Assembly (NCBI RefSeq): GCF_947648125.1
Contig: NZ_CANSMR010000008.1
Location: 172,509 to 236,508, forward strand
Source of the DNA: an uncultured Bradyrhizobium sp.
GTDB taxonomy: Bacteria; Pseudomonadota; Alphaproteobacteria; Rhizobiales; Xanthobacteraceae
Length of the DNA stretch: 64,000 bases
Reading direction: 5' to 3'
Below are positions 1-9,376 of this stretch, one piece after another; within the stretch, counting starts at the first letter, position 1; the number at the start of each line of letters is the position of its first letter. Under the pieces are notes generated by a model. It saw nothing but the letters and a program-made list of their open reading frames with translations. It was not told where the DNA came from and searched no databases. Both the position numbers and the translations under genes were made by a program.

Positions 1-311
1 CCGGCGTGGTCGATCGTCTGGAGAAGGCGGGTTACGTGCGCCGCGAGCGGGACGAGAGCGACCGCCGCAAGGTCTTCATCTCGGTGGTCGAGGAAAAGGC
101 GGCGGAGATCGGCAAGTTCTACGTGCCGATGCAGGAGGCGATGCTCAAGCTCTGGAGCCGCTATACCGACGACGAACTGCGGCTGCTGCTGCGCTTCGCC
201 AATGACGGCTACAAGGGCGTGCTGGAAGCGACGGGCGCGTTGAAGGCGGTGATCGACATGCCGCCGGAGCAGCGCGCCGAGCTCAAGCTGCCGCCGAAGT
301 CTCGTCGCTGA
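1..311 (+). CDS. MarR-family transcriptional regulator, C-terminal part (5' end lies outside window)
   Basis: The frame is open to the left edge. 'DRLEKAGYVRRERDESDRRKVFISV' matches the MarR winged-helix recognition/wing region. Confidence 0.8.
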   Translation, partial: GVVDRLEKAGYVRRERDESDRRKVFISVVEEKAAEIGKFYVPMQEAMLKLWSRYTDDELRLLLRFANDGYKGVLEATGALKAVIDMPPEQRAELKLPPKSRR

Positions 312-1551
312 CCTCGGCCGGTGTCGCGCGGGTGCGCTCGGTGGCCGCGTACATGCCCCACATCGTGCCCAGCATCATCCAGAAATGCCGCCAATGGTCG
401 GTATCGATGATGAAGCTCTCGCCGGCGATGCCGAGGAATGCCGAGAAGATCGCCAGATAGTCGCGTTGCCACGGCACCCGCTTGTAGACGTAGCGGAAGC
501 CGATGATCGCGCTGACGAACACCAGCGCCGGATAACAGATGCCCGAGATCCAGCCGCCCGACATGAAGGCGTTGAGGAAGGAGTTGTGGGTGTCTTCGGG
601 GAAGTAGGTGTGGAATTGCAGCGGCCCGATGCCGAACGGCAGCTCGAGCGCCATCTGGGCGCCGAGGATGTGGCGGCCGAACCGGCCGAAGCGGCCTTCG
701 TCGTAACTCTGGTCGAAGCTCGCGCGCTGCTTGAACATGTCGGCGACCGAGCCGATCGACAGCAGCACCGCGACCAGCGCGACGGCGAGGATCGCGGCGA
801 TCAGAGTCATCACGATGATGCGCGAGCGCTGCGCCTGCGAGCGGCTGGTGAACACCATCAGCGCCAGCATGAAGGCCGCGGTGACGATCAGGCCGCCCCA
901 GGCGGCGCGGGAGAACGACAGCAGGATCGCAAGCGAAATGATGCCGAAGGCGATGGCGTTGCGGAATGCCTTGCCGAAGCGGTCGGAGACCACGCTTTGC
1001 AGCGTGAACAGCGCCGGCAGGATCAGGAACGCGCCGAGCACGTTGGGATCCTTGAAAGTGCCGCGGGCGCGGTCATACAGCGTCAGCAGATCATAGCCGC
1101 CGGGCACCAGATGGAAGTAGCCGGCGATGCCCGCAAGCGAGGCGATCATCGCGCCGACGATCAGGCCGCGGCGCAGCATGTCGAGCCGGGCTTCGGTATC
1201 CTCCGACATCACCATTGCGAAGAAGATGACGGTAACGGCCATGTACCAGGAGGTGAGGACCCAGTTCACGACCTCCGGCTTGTCGAGGAACGGCACCGCG
1301 CCGATGCTGTAGCCGACATTGAGCACGATCAGCGCGAACAACAGCGGCATGAACACGAGCTGCATGCGCAGGCCCGTGGCAAAGAAAAGCACGCAGGCGG
1401 TCAGCGTGACGAGTTCATACGGGCTCGGTTCGATGAACACGATGGCGATCGAGGCACCGGCGAGCCACACCAGCGCCCGCTGCAGCGCCAGCACGCCCGA
1501 CGGCGCTGATGTCGGCGAATGGGACGTCCCGGCTGTCGCCGCATAGGCCAT
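283..1551 (-). CDS. O-antigen ligase/Wzy-like polysaccharide polymerase (polytopic membrane protein)
   Basis: About 10 hydrophobic segments with a large loop, as in Wzy_C-type proteins, and the gene lies in an EPS cluster. ATG at 1551 is preferred over the upstream TTG at 1566. The 3' end overlaps the convergent MarR gene. Confidence 0.7.
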   Translation of the reverse strand: MAYAATAGTSHSPTSAPSGVLALQRALVWLAGASIAIVFIEPSPYELVTLTACVLFFATGLRMQLVFMPLLFALIVLNVGYSIGAVPFLDKPEVVNWVLTSWYMAVTVIFFAMVMSEDTEARLDMLRRGLIVGAMIASLAGIAGYFHLVPGGYDLLTLYDRARGTFKDPNVLGAFLILPALFTLQSVVSDRFGKAFRNAIAFGIISLAILLSFSRAAWGGLIVTAAFMLALMVFTSRSQAQRSRIIVMTLIAAILAVALVAVLLSIGSVADMFKQRASFDQSYDEGRFGRFGRHILGAQMALELPFGIGPLQFHTYFPEDTHNSFLNAFMSGGWISGICYPALVFVSAIIGFRYVYKRVPWQRDYLAIFSAFLGIAGESFIIDTDHWRHFWMMLGTMWGMYAATERTRATPAEVSDETSAAA

Positions 1552-1639
1552 CGGATACTCACGCAACTCGATACAACAACATTCAGTACGCTACTTCGCC
1601 TTCACAGGATCCAAAGCGACGACTTGTCCGCCGAAGCCT

Positions 1640-1712
1640 TGGCGAAGGCGGAAGCAATCCACCTATCCCCGAGCTGCGATATGGATTGCTTCGCTGCGCT
1701 CGCAATGACGGC
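1640..1712. repeat. REP-like palindromic element, family A (arms GAAGCAATCCA / TGGATTGCTTC...CTCGCAATGACG)
   Basis: Inverted arms lie at 1651-1661 and 1682-1692. The right half is near-identical to the element at 21135-21216. The left outer arm is degenerate. Confidence 0.6.
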
Positions 1713-1717
1713 AGTTC

Positions 1718-3295
1718 TCAGTACGCGTTCTCGCTCTTGGTCAGCAGCGAGAACGGGGTCTTGAGCAGGATGTAGAGGTCGAACAGCACCGACCAGTTCT
1801 CGATGTAGTAGAGGTCGTATTCGACGCGCTTCTGGATCTTCTCGTCGGTGTCGACCTCGCCGCGCCAGCCGTTGATCTGCGCCCAGCCGGTGATGCCGGG
1901 CTTGACGCGGTGGCGCGCGAAGTAACCGTCGACGGCCTCGTCGAACAGGCGGTTTTCCAGCTTGCTCTGCACCGCGTGCGGACGCGGGCCGACCAGCGAG
2001 AGATTGCCCTTCAGCACGACATTGAACAGCTGCGGCAATTCGTCGAGCGAGGACTTGCGGATGAAGCGGCCGACGCGGGTAACGCGCGGATCGTTCTTGG
2101 TCACGACCTTGGAGGCGGTCGGATCGGCCTGGTGATGGTAGAGCGAGCGGAACTTGTAGACGTCGATCCGCTCATTGTTGAAGCCGAAGCGCTTCTGGCG
2201 GAACAGCACCGGGCCGGGGCTGTCGAGCTTCACCGCAAGCGCCACCAGCCCGAGGACCGGCAGCGCCGCAAGCAGGGCCAGGCCGCCGACCACGCGGTCG
2301 AACAGCCATTTCAGCACCAGATCCCAGTCGGTGATCGGCGCCTCGAACACGTCGAGCGTCGGCACCTTGCCGACATAGGAATAGGAGCGGGGGCGGAAGC
2401 GCAGCTTGTTGGTATGAGCCGACAGGCGGATGTCGACCGGCAGCACCCAGAGCTTCTTCAGCATCTCCAGGATGCGGGTCTCCGCCGAGATCGGCAGCGC
2501 AAAGAGCACGAGGTCGACGCGGGTGCGGCGGGCGAATTCGACAATGTCGTCGACCTTGCCGAGCTTCGGTGAGCCGGCGCAGGTCTCCATGGCGCGGGCG
2601 TCATTGCGGTCGTCGAACACGCCGAGCACGTGGATGTCGGAATCATCGTCGGCATTGAGCGCCTCGATCAGCTTCTCGCCGTTCTGGTCGGCGCCGACGA
2701 TGATGGTGCGGCGGTCGAGCCGGCCGTCATGTGCCCAGGCGCGCACCATCGAGCGCAGCACCAGCCGTTCGGCGATCAGCACTGCGAGGCCGACGCAGAA
2801 GAACGACGACAGCCAGACCCGCGAGACCTCGCCGCCGAGCTTGACCAGGAAGGAGACCCCGATGAACAGCAGGAACACGAACGCCCATGACGAGATCATC
2901 CGCGTCATCTGGCGGAGTTGGCCGCGGAAGATCTGGACCTGGTAGATGTCCGCGGCCTGGAAGCAGACCACCGCCGCAGCCGACATGCCGAGGATCGACG
3001 CGATATAGCCCCAATGGATGTCGCCGGCATGCGGTCTGACATAGGCAAAATAGAGCCCGACGCCGACCAGGCTGAGCAGAACGAAATCGGCGAGGCGAAC
3101 CGCGCCGGCGATTACGACCGGCGAGTAGGCGCTGCGAACTTTCTGATTGGTAACGGCGAGCGCGGCCGGCGACAGGCGGCGGCGGCGTTCGACCTGCGGC
3201 TGAGCGGCCGTCGCAGACGCAGCGGCATCCAGCATCGAGCGTGCGTTAAGCGGTTCCACGAGTCCACGTCCATTCCCGCGCGTGCAGATGGGCAT
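1718..3295 (-). CDS. Undecaprenyl-phosphate hexose-1-phosphate transferase (EPS priming polyprenyl glycosylphosphotransferase, WbaP/ExoY-like)
   Basis: C-terminal bacterial sugar-transferase domain ('[22 protein letters not shown]', '[10 protein letters not shown]') follows N-terminal TM segments and a CoA-binding-like middle domain. An alternative ATG lies at 3235. Confidence 0.9.
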   Translation of the reverse strand: MPICTRGNGRGLVEPLNARSMLDAAASATAAQPQVERRRRLSPAALAVTNQKVRSAYSPVVIAGAVRLADFVLLSLVGVGLYFAYVRPHAGDIHWGYIASILGMSAAAVVCFQAADIYQVQIFRGQLRQMTRMISSWAFVFLLFIGVSFLVKLGGEVSRVWLSSFFCVGLAVLIAERLVLRSMVRAWAHDGRLDRRTIIVGADQNGEKLIEALNADDDSDIHVLGVFDDRNDARAMETCAGSPKLGKVDDIVEFARRTRVDLVLFALPISAETRILEMLKKLWVLPVDIRLSAHTNKLRFRPRSYSYVGKVPTLDVFEAPITDWDLVLKWLFDRVVGGLALLAALPVLGLVALAVKLDSPGPVLFRQKRFGFNNERIDVYKFRSLYHHQADPTASKVVTKNDPRVTRVGRFIRKSSLDELPQLFNVVLKGNLSLVGPRPHAVQSKLENRLFDEAVDGYFARHRVKPGITGWAQINGWRGEVDTDEKIQKRVEYDLYYIENWSVLFDLYILLKTPFSLLTKSENAY

Positions 3296-3374
3296 CCGCG
3301 CGCAGCACCGAAATTCCCCTGGACGCGAGTTAAGGGGACAAATCGGAAGAAACGGTTACGTGTGCAAGAAATGG

Positions 3375-4514
3375 TTAACGTTTGGCAAATGCGTCGCGAT
3401 AGCCGGCCAGCACGCCCTCGACCATCGCGCTTTGCGAGAAATGTTCGGAAATCCGCTCGCGCAGTCTCTGCGCGCGTGCCGCGGTCGCCGTGGGATTGTC
3501 GAGTGCGGCCTTGATGGCGTCGGCCATCGCGCCGGCATTGCTGGGCGCAAATAGAGCGTCGGTGTGGGTATCGAAGATCTCCGGGATGCCGCCGACATTG
3601 GCGGCGATCATCGGAACACCGGCGGCGCCGGCCTCGATCACCACATAAGGCATCGAATCGCCACGCGAGGGGACCACCAGAACCTTGCCTTTCGAGAAGC
3701 CGTAGCGCGCCTTGACGTGGCCGATGAAGCGAACGGCATCGCCGAGCGACAACCGCTTCACCTGCTCCTTGAGCCGCTCGAACTCCTCGCCGTCGCCGCC
3801 GAGCGTCAGCGTCACCGGCTTGCCCTCGGCGCGCAGTTTCGCCACCGCATCGATCAGGAGGTCGGCGCCCTTGATGCGCCGGAATTCGCCGACATAGGCC
3901 ACGTCGGAGGCGTCGTCGGCCTTCCCGACTGGTTCGAATTCCTCCGACGTCACGCCGTTGAAGACGCAGCGGACGAGGCCTGACGGCTTGCCCACGGTGC
4001 GCTGGTAGGTGTCGCGGGCAAACGCGCTCTCGAACAGGAACAGGTCAGTGCTGTTCATCAGCGTGCGCTCGAGCTGGCTGTAGAAGCGGCCCTTCCAGGT
4101 ATCGAGCGGATAGTGCAGCGAGCCGCCATGCGGCGTGTAGACCCGGATCACCTTGTCCGATCGCCGCCGCAGCCGGACATAGGCGCCGGCCTTGGCGCCA
4201 TGACCATGCACGACATCGGGTTTCAGCTTCCGGATCAGGCCGGCGATATGCGCCCAGACCAAGAAATCGGCAAAGCGCGGTTCGCGGCGAATAGCCACCC
4301 GGTGGACGCCGAGCTTGAGGCACGGTTCGATCTCGGCGAGGACCGCGTCAGCACGCGTGCCGCCGGTCAGGCTGTCGGCGACGATGCCGACATGGTGCCC
4401 GCGCTCGATCTGGCCGTTGGCGACATCGAGGATGTGACGAATGATGCCGCCGACCGGGGCGCGGACGACGTGCAGGATGCGGAGCGGCCGTGCCTGATCT
4501 TGATCCTGTGCCAT
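3375..4514 (-). CDS. Glycosyltransferase family 4 (GT-B fold)
   Basis: The N-terminal 'RILHVVRAPVGGIIRH' and C-terminal 'VPSRGDSMPYVVIEAGAAGVPMIA' (EX7E-type region) are typical of GT4 enzymes. Confidence 0.85.
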   Translation of the reverse strand: MAQDQDQARPLRILHVVRAPVGGIIRHILDVANGQIERGHHVGIVADSLTGGTRADAVLAEIEPCLKLGVHRVAIRREPRFADFLVWAHIAGLIRKLKPDVVHGHGAKAGAYVRLRRRSDKVIRVYTPHGGSLHYPLDTWKGRFYSQLERTLMNSTDLFLFESAFARDTYQRTVGKPSGLVRCVFNGVTSEEFEPVGKADDASDVAYVGEFRRIKGADLLIDAVAKLRAEGKPVTLTLGGDGEEFERLKEQVKRLSLGDAVRFIGHVKARYGFSKGKVLVVPSRGDSMPYVVIEAGAAGVPMIAANVGGIPEIFDTHTDALFAPSNAGAMADAIKAALDNPTATAARAQRLRERISEHFSQSAMVEGVLAGYRDAFAKR

Positions 4515-4517
4515 CGA

Positions 4518-5150
4518 TCAGAACCAGCGTTCGCCGACGAAGACGGTGTCGCCGGGCCCGATCGGCGTGCCCAGTGGAACGACGAAGCGGCCGGCGCCCG
4601 ATGCGTCGGTATGGGTGAGGGTGACCTCGTCGCGCCTGGCGCGCGGCGAGAAGCCGCCGGCGATAGCCACCGCGCTCTCGACCGTCATGTTAGGCACGTA
4701 GGGATATTGGCCGGGGGCCTGAACTTCGCCGAGGATGAAGAATGGCCGGTAGGATTCGATCTCGACCGCCACCGAAGGCTCGCGGATGAAGCCGTTGCGC
4801 AGCCGTGCGGCGATCTCGGCGGCAAGCCCGGCAGGTGTCCGGCCGCGTGCCGGCACCGAGCCGATCAGCGGCATCGTGATCGCGCCGGCTGCATCGATCG
4901 CATAGGAATTGGTCAGGCCTTCCTGGCCATAGACCACGATGCGAAGCCTGTCGCCGGGGCCGAGATTGTAGGCATCGCGCGTCGGCGCGGGGTCGGCATA
5001 GGCCATCGGTGCGGGCGCAGCAAAGGCTGGCTGCCCATACGCCATCGAATCGAGGGCCGGGTCACCGGCAACCGGCGACGTCCGGCCCATGCAGCCCGAC
5101 AGCGCGAGCGCAGCAATCAGACAAACGAGGGGAGCGCGCAGATCGCGCAT
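4518..5150 (-). CDS. Polysaccharide export outer-membrane lipoprotein (Wza/GumB/ExoF family)
   Basis: Lipobox 'LALSGC' follows the ATG at 5150. Poly_export plus SLBB-like sequence is present ('GPGDRLRIVVYG', 'FFILGEVQAPGQYPY'). The stop lies 3 nt upstream of the GT4 start, suggesting an operon. Confidence 0.8.
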   Translation of the reverse strand: MRDLRAPLVCLIAALALSGCMGRTSPVAGDPALDSMAYGQPAFAAPAPMAYADPAPTRDAYNLGPGDRLRIVVYGQEGLTNSYAIDAAGAITMPLIGSVPARGRTPAGLAAEIAARLRNGFIREPSVAVEIESYRPFFILGEVQAPGQYPYVPNMTVESAVAIAGGFSPRARRDEVTLTHTDASGAGRFVVPLGTPIGPGDTVFVGERWF

Positions 5151-5325
5151 GTGAGGAATCCCGCAACAATATCGGCGTTGATTAACGGCACTCATGGTTA
5201 ACAAACGATGACGGGCCGGTGGTGGCCGCCGCATCCGTCAACTCCGCCGATTAACCCAGCAGCAACCTTAATGGACTGTAATCGCCGCCATTGAGATGGA
5301 ATCGCGGTGTCCGCGGGAGTTCGTT

Positions 5326-7656
5326 ATGCGTTTTGCATTCTGGCGTAGAGGCAAGGAAAAGGCCGCGGTGCAACGGGCATTGCCGAAGTCTGCGCCCGTT
5401 GCCGATGAAGCCGTTGCGAAGCCGGTTTCGTCGATATCAACTCATGACAAGCCGGCGCGTCCAGAGGCGACGGATCTCGATCTGCATATGCTCGGACGCG
5501 CGCTGGCGCGCAAGCGAAGCTGGATCGTCGTGCCGACCGTGCTCGTGTTTGCGGTGTCGCTTGCTGCCGTCAATGTCGTGACGCCGCGCTACAAGTCGGA
5601 AGCGCGAATCCTGATCGACAATCGCGAGAATGCCTTCCTGCGCCCGAACGGCGAGCGCGACCTGGAGCGCACCTCGCTCGACGCCGAAGCCGTGACGAGC
5701 CAGGTGCAACTGCTGCTGTCGCGCGATCTCGCCCGCGACATCATCAAGAAGAACAAGCTCGCCGAGCGCCCCGAATTCGATCCGGTGCTGCGGGGCTTTT
5801 CCCCGCTGAAGTCGCTGCTGGCGCTGTTCGGCATCGGCCGTGACCCGTTCAGCCTGACGCCGGAAGAGCGGGTGCTCGATTCCTATTACGAGCGCTTCCA
5901 GGCCTATGCGGTCGACAAGTCGCGCGTCATGGTGATCGAATTCCAGTCGGAGGATCCCGAGCTTGCGGCGCGCGTCGCCAACTCGATCGCCGATGGCTAT
6001 CTCGTGCTGCAGCAGGCGGCGCGGCAGGACCAGGCCAAGTCCGCCAGCACCTGGCTGCTGGGCGAGATCGACAAGCTGCGCGGCAAGGTCGCTGACGCAG
6101 ATTCGCGGGTCGAGGAATTCCGCTCCAAGTCGAGCCTGTTCGTCGGCACCAACAACATCCCGCTGTCGAACCAGCAGATGGGCGAGCTGAACACGCAGCT
6201 CAACAACGCCCGCGCGCTGAAGGCGGATGCCGAGACCAAGGCGCGGCTGATCCGCGAGATGCTTCAGGGCGGCAAGCCGATCGAGGCTTCGGAAGTGCTC
6301 AATTCCGAGCTGATCCGCCGGCTCGCCGAACAGCGCGGCACACTGCGCGCGCAGCTCGCCGAGCAGTCGTCGACGCTGCTCGACAACCATCCGCGCATTA
6401 AGGAACTGAAGGCGCAGATCGCCGACCTCGACCGCCAACTGCGCGAGGAAGCCGGCAAGATATCGCGCTCGCTCGACAACGACGCCCGCGTCGCCGATGG
6501 CCGCGTCCAGGCGCTGCAGGTGGGCCTGGATCAATCCAAGAAGCAGGCGTCGTCGAGCAACAGCCAGGACGTCCAGCTGCGCGGATTCGAGCGTGAAGCC
6601 AAGGCGCAGCGCGATCTGCTGGAAGCCTATCTCGCGAAGTATCGCGAGGCGACCGCACGCGAGAACATTGAGGCGGCACCGACCGATGGCCGCATCATCT
6701 CGCGCGCCACGGTCTCGAACACGCCGGCCTATCCGAAGAAACTGCCGATCGTGCTGATCGCCACGCTGGCGACGCTGTTGCTGTCGTCCGGCATCATCAT
6801 CACCGGCGAGCTGCTGCGCATCTCCGCTCCCGGCGCGGTGGGCCGTGCCTTCGCACCGGCCGCCGCAGTGATCCGGCGCCGCGAGCCGGTGATGGAGACC
6901 GCAGCGATCGAGCAGGCGCCGACGCTGCCGCCTGAACCTGCGCTCGCATCGCCGCTCGCCCCCAGCCTGTCGCCAGAGCCTGATCTGAGGCCCGAACCCG
7001 CAGTTGCATATGAACCGGTCACCAGCGAGCCGCAGCCCGCGCCCGCCCAGACGGCCAACGAGATCGAGGAGTTGGCAGAGCGTCTCGTCGCGGCCGGTCC
7101 CGCCGCCCACAAGGTCACGGTGCTCGGCCCGGCGGCCGCCGAGAGCGTCACGCTGACCGCGTTGACGCTGGCCCGTCTGATGGCGCGTCAGGCCAAGGTC
7201 GTGGTGGTCGATCTCGTCGCGTCTTCACCGGTGCTCACGGCGGCCACGGTCGATCCCGGTGCGCCCGGCCTTGCCGAATTGATGCAGGGCGAGGCGACCT
7301 TCGCGCAGATCATCACCAAGGATCGGCAGTCACGGGTTCAGATCGTCAGCGCCGGGCGTCCGGGCTTCGATCGTTCGCATCTGCAATCACCCCGGCTGGC
7401 GCTTGCGATCGATGCGCTGCTCCGGGTCTACGATCACGTGCTGCTCGACGCCGGCTCGGCCGTCGACCTGCCGGCCGAGCTGCTGACCGCGAAGGCGCAA
7501 GCTATCGTCGTGCCCGACGCCAGCATGGCGCAGGATGCCCGCCGCTCGATGGTCGATCAGCTCAGGGCCGTCGGCTTCTCCGAAGTGACGATGCTGAGCA
7601 AGCCCTGCGCGCCATCGGAAACGGTCGCGACGGGTCCACGCGTCGTGGCGGCCTGA
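5326..7656 (+). CDS. Polysaccharide co-polymerase (Wzz/GumC/ExoP-like chain-length determinant) with degenerate C-terminal P-loop-like domain
   Basis: TM1 is followed by a Wzz-type periplasmic coiled-coil region, then TM2 ('LPIVLIATLATLLLSSGIIITG'), a Pro/Glu/Ala-rich linker and an ATPase-like tail. ATG 5326 has a GGGAG about 10 nt upstream. ORF-track start 5296 is possible. Confidence 0.8.
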   Translation: MRFAFWRRGKEKAAVQRALPKSAPVADEAVAKPVSSISTHDKPARPEATDLDLHMLGRALARKRSWIVVPTVLVFAVSLAAVNVVTPRYKSEARILIDNRENAFLRPNGERDLERTSLDAEAVTSQVQLLLSRDLARDIIKKNKLAERPEFDPVLRGFSPLKSLLALFGIGRDPFSLTPEERVLDSYYERFQAYAVDKSRVMVIEFQSEDPELAARVANSIADGYLVLQQAARQDQAKSASTWLLGEIDKLRGKVADADSRVEEFRSKSSLFVGTNNIPLSNQQMGELNTQLNNARALKADAETKARLIREMLQGGKPIEASEVLNSELIRRLAEQRGTLRAQLAEQSSTLLDNHPRIKELKAQIADLDRQLREEAGKISRSLDNDARVADGRVQALQVGLDQSKKQASSSNSQDVQLRGFEREAKAQRDLLEAYLAKYREATARENIEAAPTDGRIISRATVSNTPAYPKKLPIVLIATLATLLLSSGIIITGELLRISAPGAVGRAFAPAAAVIRRREPVMETAAIEQAPTLPPEPALASPLAPSLSPEPDLRPEPAVAYEPVTSEPQPAPAQTANEIEELAERLVAAGPAAHKVTVLGPAAAESVTLTALTLARLMARQAKVVVVDLVASSPVLTAATVDPGAPGLAELMQGEATFAQIITKDRQSRVQIVSAGRPGFDRSHLQSPRLALAIDALLRVYDHVLLDAGSAVDLPAELLTAKAQAIVVPDASMAQDARRSMVDQLRAVGFSEVTMLSKPCAPSETVATGPRVVAA

Positions 7657-7708
7657 ACCTCGTCTTAGGAGTGCGGTGAAATTCATCGCGCTCCGGCCCT
7701 TTATTTTC

Positions 7709-7753
7709 GCATGATCTTTTCGGAAAACCGCTTCACACTTTTCCGGATCATGC
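7709..7753. terminator. Imperfect inverted repeat between convergent genes, probable bidirectional terminator/REP
   Basis: GCATGATC..CGGAAAA / TTTTCCGGATCATGC arms lie in the 98-nt gap between the PCP gene (+) and the MFS gene (-), flanked by T/A runs. Confidence 0.5.
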
Positions 7754-7754
7754 G

Positions 7755-9092
7755 CTAGTGCGCCAGCATCGGCTCGCGCGCGGCCCGCTCGAGGACCGGG
7801 TCGATCCGCAGCCTGATCGTGACGAGAGCGCCGATCAGGCCGACGACCGCAAGCAGCAGCAGGCCTGCAGTGAATCCACCGGTCAGGTCCTTCAGATAGC
7901 CCATGGCGAACGGGCCCGCGAAGCCTGACAGATTGCCGAGCGAGTTGATCGCGGCAATGCCCGCTGCGGCCGAGGCGCCGTTCAGGATGCTGGCCGGCAT
8001 CGGCCAGAACATCGGCGGCACCGCCGAAACGCCGATCTGCGCAACGCAGAGCAGGCCGATGATCAGCACGGGACTGGAGACCAGTCCGGCGAGGCCAATG
8101 CCGACGGCGGCGAGCACGAGTGCGCCGGCGACATGGTAGCGCCGCTCACCGGTCTTGTCGGAATGGCGGCCGAGCAGCACCATGCCGACCGCGCCGAACA
8201 CGAAGGGCAGGGCGGCGATGAAGCCTGTCTGGGTGTCGGTGACGCCAAACGCCTTGATGATGGTGGGCAGGAAGAACGCGACGCCGTAGCTGGCGGCGTT
8301 GAGGCAGAAGTAGACGAGGGCGCAGGCCAGCACCCGCGAGTCGGTGAGCGATTGCATCACCGAGATGTGCTCCACCGCTTCCTTCTTCTGCCGCTCGATC
8401 TCAAGGGTATTCTGGACCCATTTGATCTCGTCGGGCTGCAGCCAGCTTGCCTGACGCGGGAAGTCAGGCAGCATCGCCAGCACGGCGAAGCCGACCAGGA
8501 CCGACGGCAGCGCCTCGCAGATGAACAGCCACTGCCACCCCGTCAGACCGCCTCCGGACAGGTTGAGCAGCAGGCCCGAGATCGGCGCCCCGATGATGCT
8601 GGAGATCGGGATTGCGAGCATGAACAGGCTGATGACGCGGGCCCGATAGATCGTCGGGAACCAGAGCGTCAGATAGAAGATGATGCCGGGGAAGAAGCCG
8701 GCCTCGCAGGCGCCGAGCAGCAGGCGAAGGAAGTAGAAGATCCATTCGCTCGAGAGGCCGCTCGCCGCAGACATCTGCGGGATGAAGGCGAATGCCGCCG
8801 AGACGATGCCCCAGCTGATCATGATGCGGGCGATCCAGCGCCGCGCGCCGAACCGTTCCAGAAGGATGTTGGAGGGCACTTCGAAGAAGAAATAGCCGAC
8901 GAAGAACAGGCCCGCACCGAGTCCGTAGGCAGCCTCGCTGAGCCCAAGCGCGGTGTTCATATGCAGCTTGGCGAAGCCGACATTGACGCGATCGAGATAG
9001 GCCACGAAGTAACACAGGATGAGGAACGGAATCAGCCGCCGCATCATCTTTCCGATTGCGCGCTTCTCGACATCGTCGCTCATCGTTCCCAT
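7755..9092 (-). CDS. MFS transporter, ACS (anion:cation symporter) family, tartrate/organic-acid type
   Basis: 'RLIPFLILCYFVAYLDRVNVGFAKLHM...FFFEVPSN...GARRWIARIMISWG' is the characteristic ACS-family N-terminus. Start is ATG 9092 or 9083. The longer ORF-track N-terminus was rejected. Confidence 0.85.
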   Translation of the reverse strand: MGTMSDDVEKRAIGKMMRRLIPFLILCYFVAYLDRVNVGFAKLHMNTALGLSEAAYGLGAGLFFVGYFFFEVPSNILLERFGARRWIARIMISWGIVSAAFAFIPQMSAASGLSSEWIFYFLRLLLGACEAGFFPGIIFYLTLWFPTIYRARVISLFMLAIPISSIIGAPISGLLLNLSGGGLTGWQWLFICEALPSVLVGFAVLAMLPDFPRQASWLQPDEIKWVQNTLEIERQKKEAVEHISVMQSLTDSRVLACALVYFCLNAASYGVAFFLPTIIKAFGVTDTQTGFIAALPFVFGAVGMVLLGRHSDKTGERRYHVAGALVLAAVGIGLAGLVSSPVLIIGLLCVAQIGVSAVPPMFWPMPASILNGASAAAGIAAINSLGNLSGFAGPFAMGYLKDLTGGFTAGLLLLAVVGLIGALVTIRLRIDPVLERAAREPMLAH

Positions 9093-9376
9093 CCCTTCCG
9101 GTTTTTCGATTCGGCGCACGGTGATCGCGCTGTCCGGGCGGCACCTTCGTGCAGCCGCAGCGGTCCGCCGCCTTGCCCTTGCAAGTATTGCATTCATTGT
9201 TGTGTAATCGACCGCCGCGTGACTAATGGCATTTGGGAATGGAGCCACGGCGAAACCGTCATGATGCACCGCGGTATGAACGCGGGAACCCTGGAGCGTT
9301 TTCCAGCGAAGTGGATGCCGGTTCGCGGCAGGAAAACGCGTCGAAATAGAATCAAGAGCCAGGATGGTGGCGGGCA

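Noticed and set aside
385-1509. 374-aa plus-strand ORF opposite the Wzy-like gene
   Set aside because: Its composition is dominated by R/A/G/D/E/H, as is typical of the antisense frame of a high-GC gene. There is no motif and it lies fully inside a convincing membrane-protein gene.
5437-7110. 557-aa minus-strand ORF opposite the PCP gene
   Set aside because: This is a shadow ORF (Arg/Gly/Leu/Asp-rich, low complexity). The plus frame encodes a recognisable Wzz/GumC-type protein.
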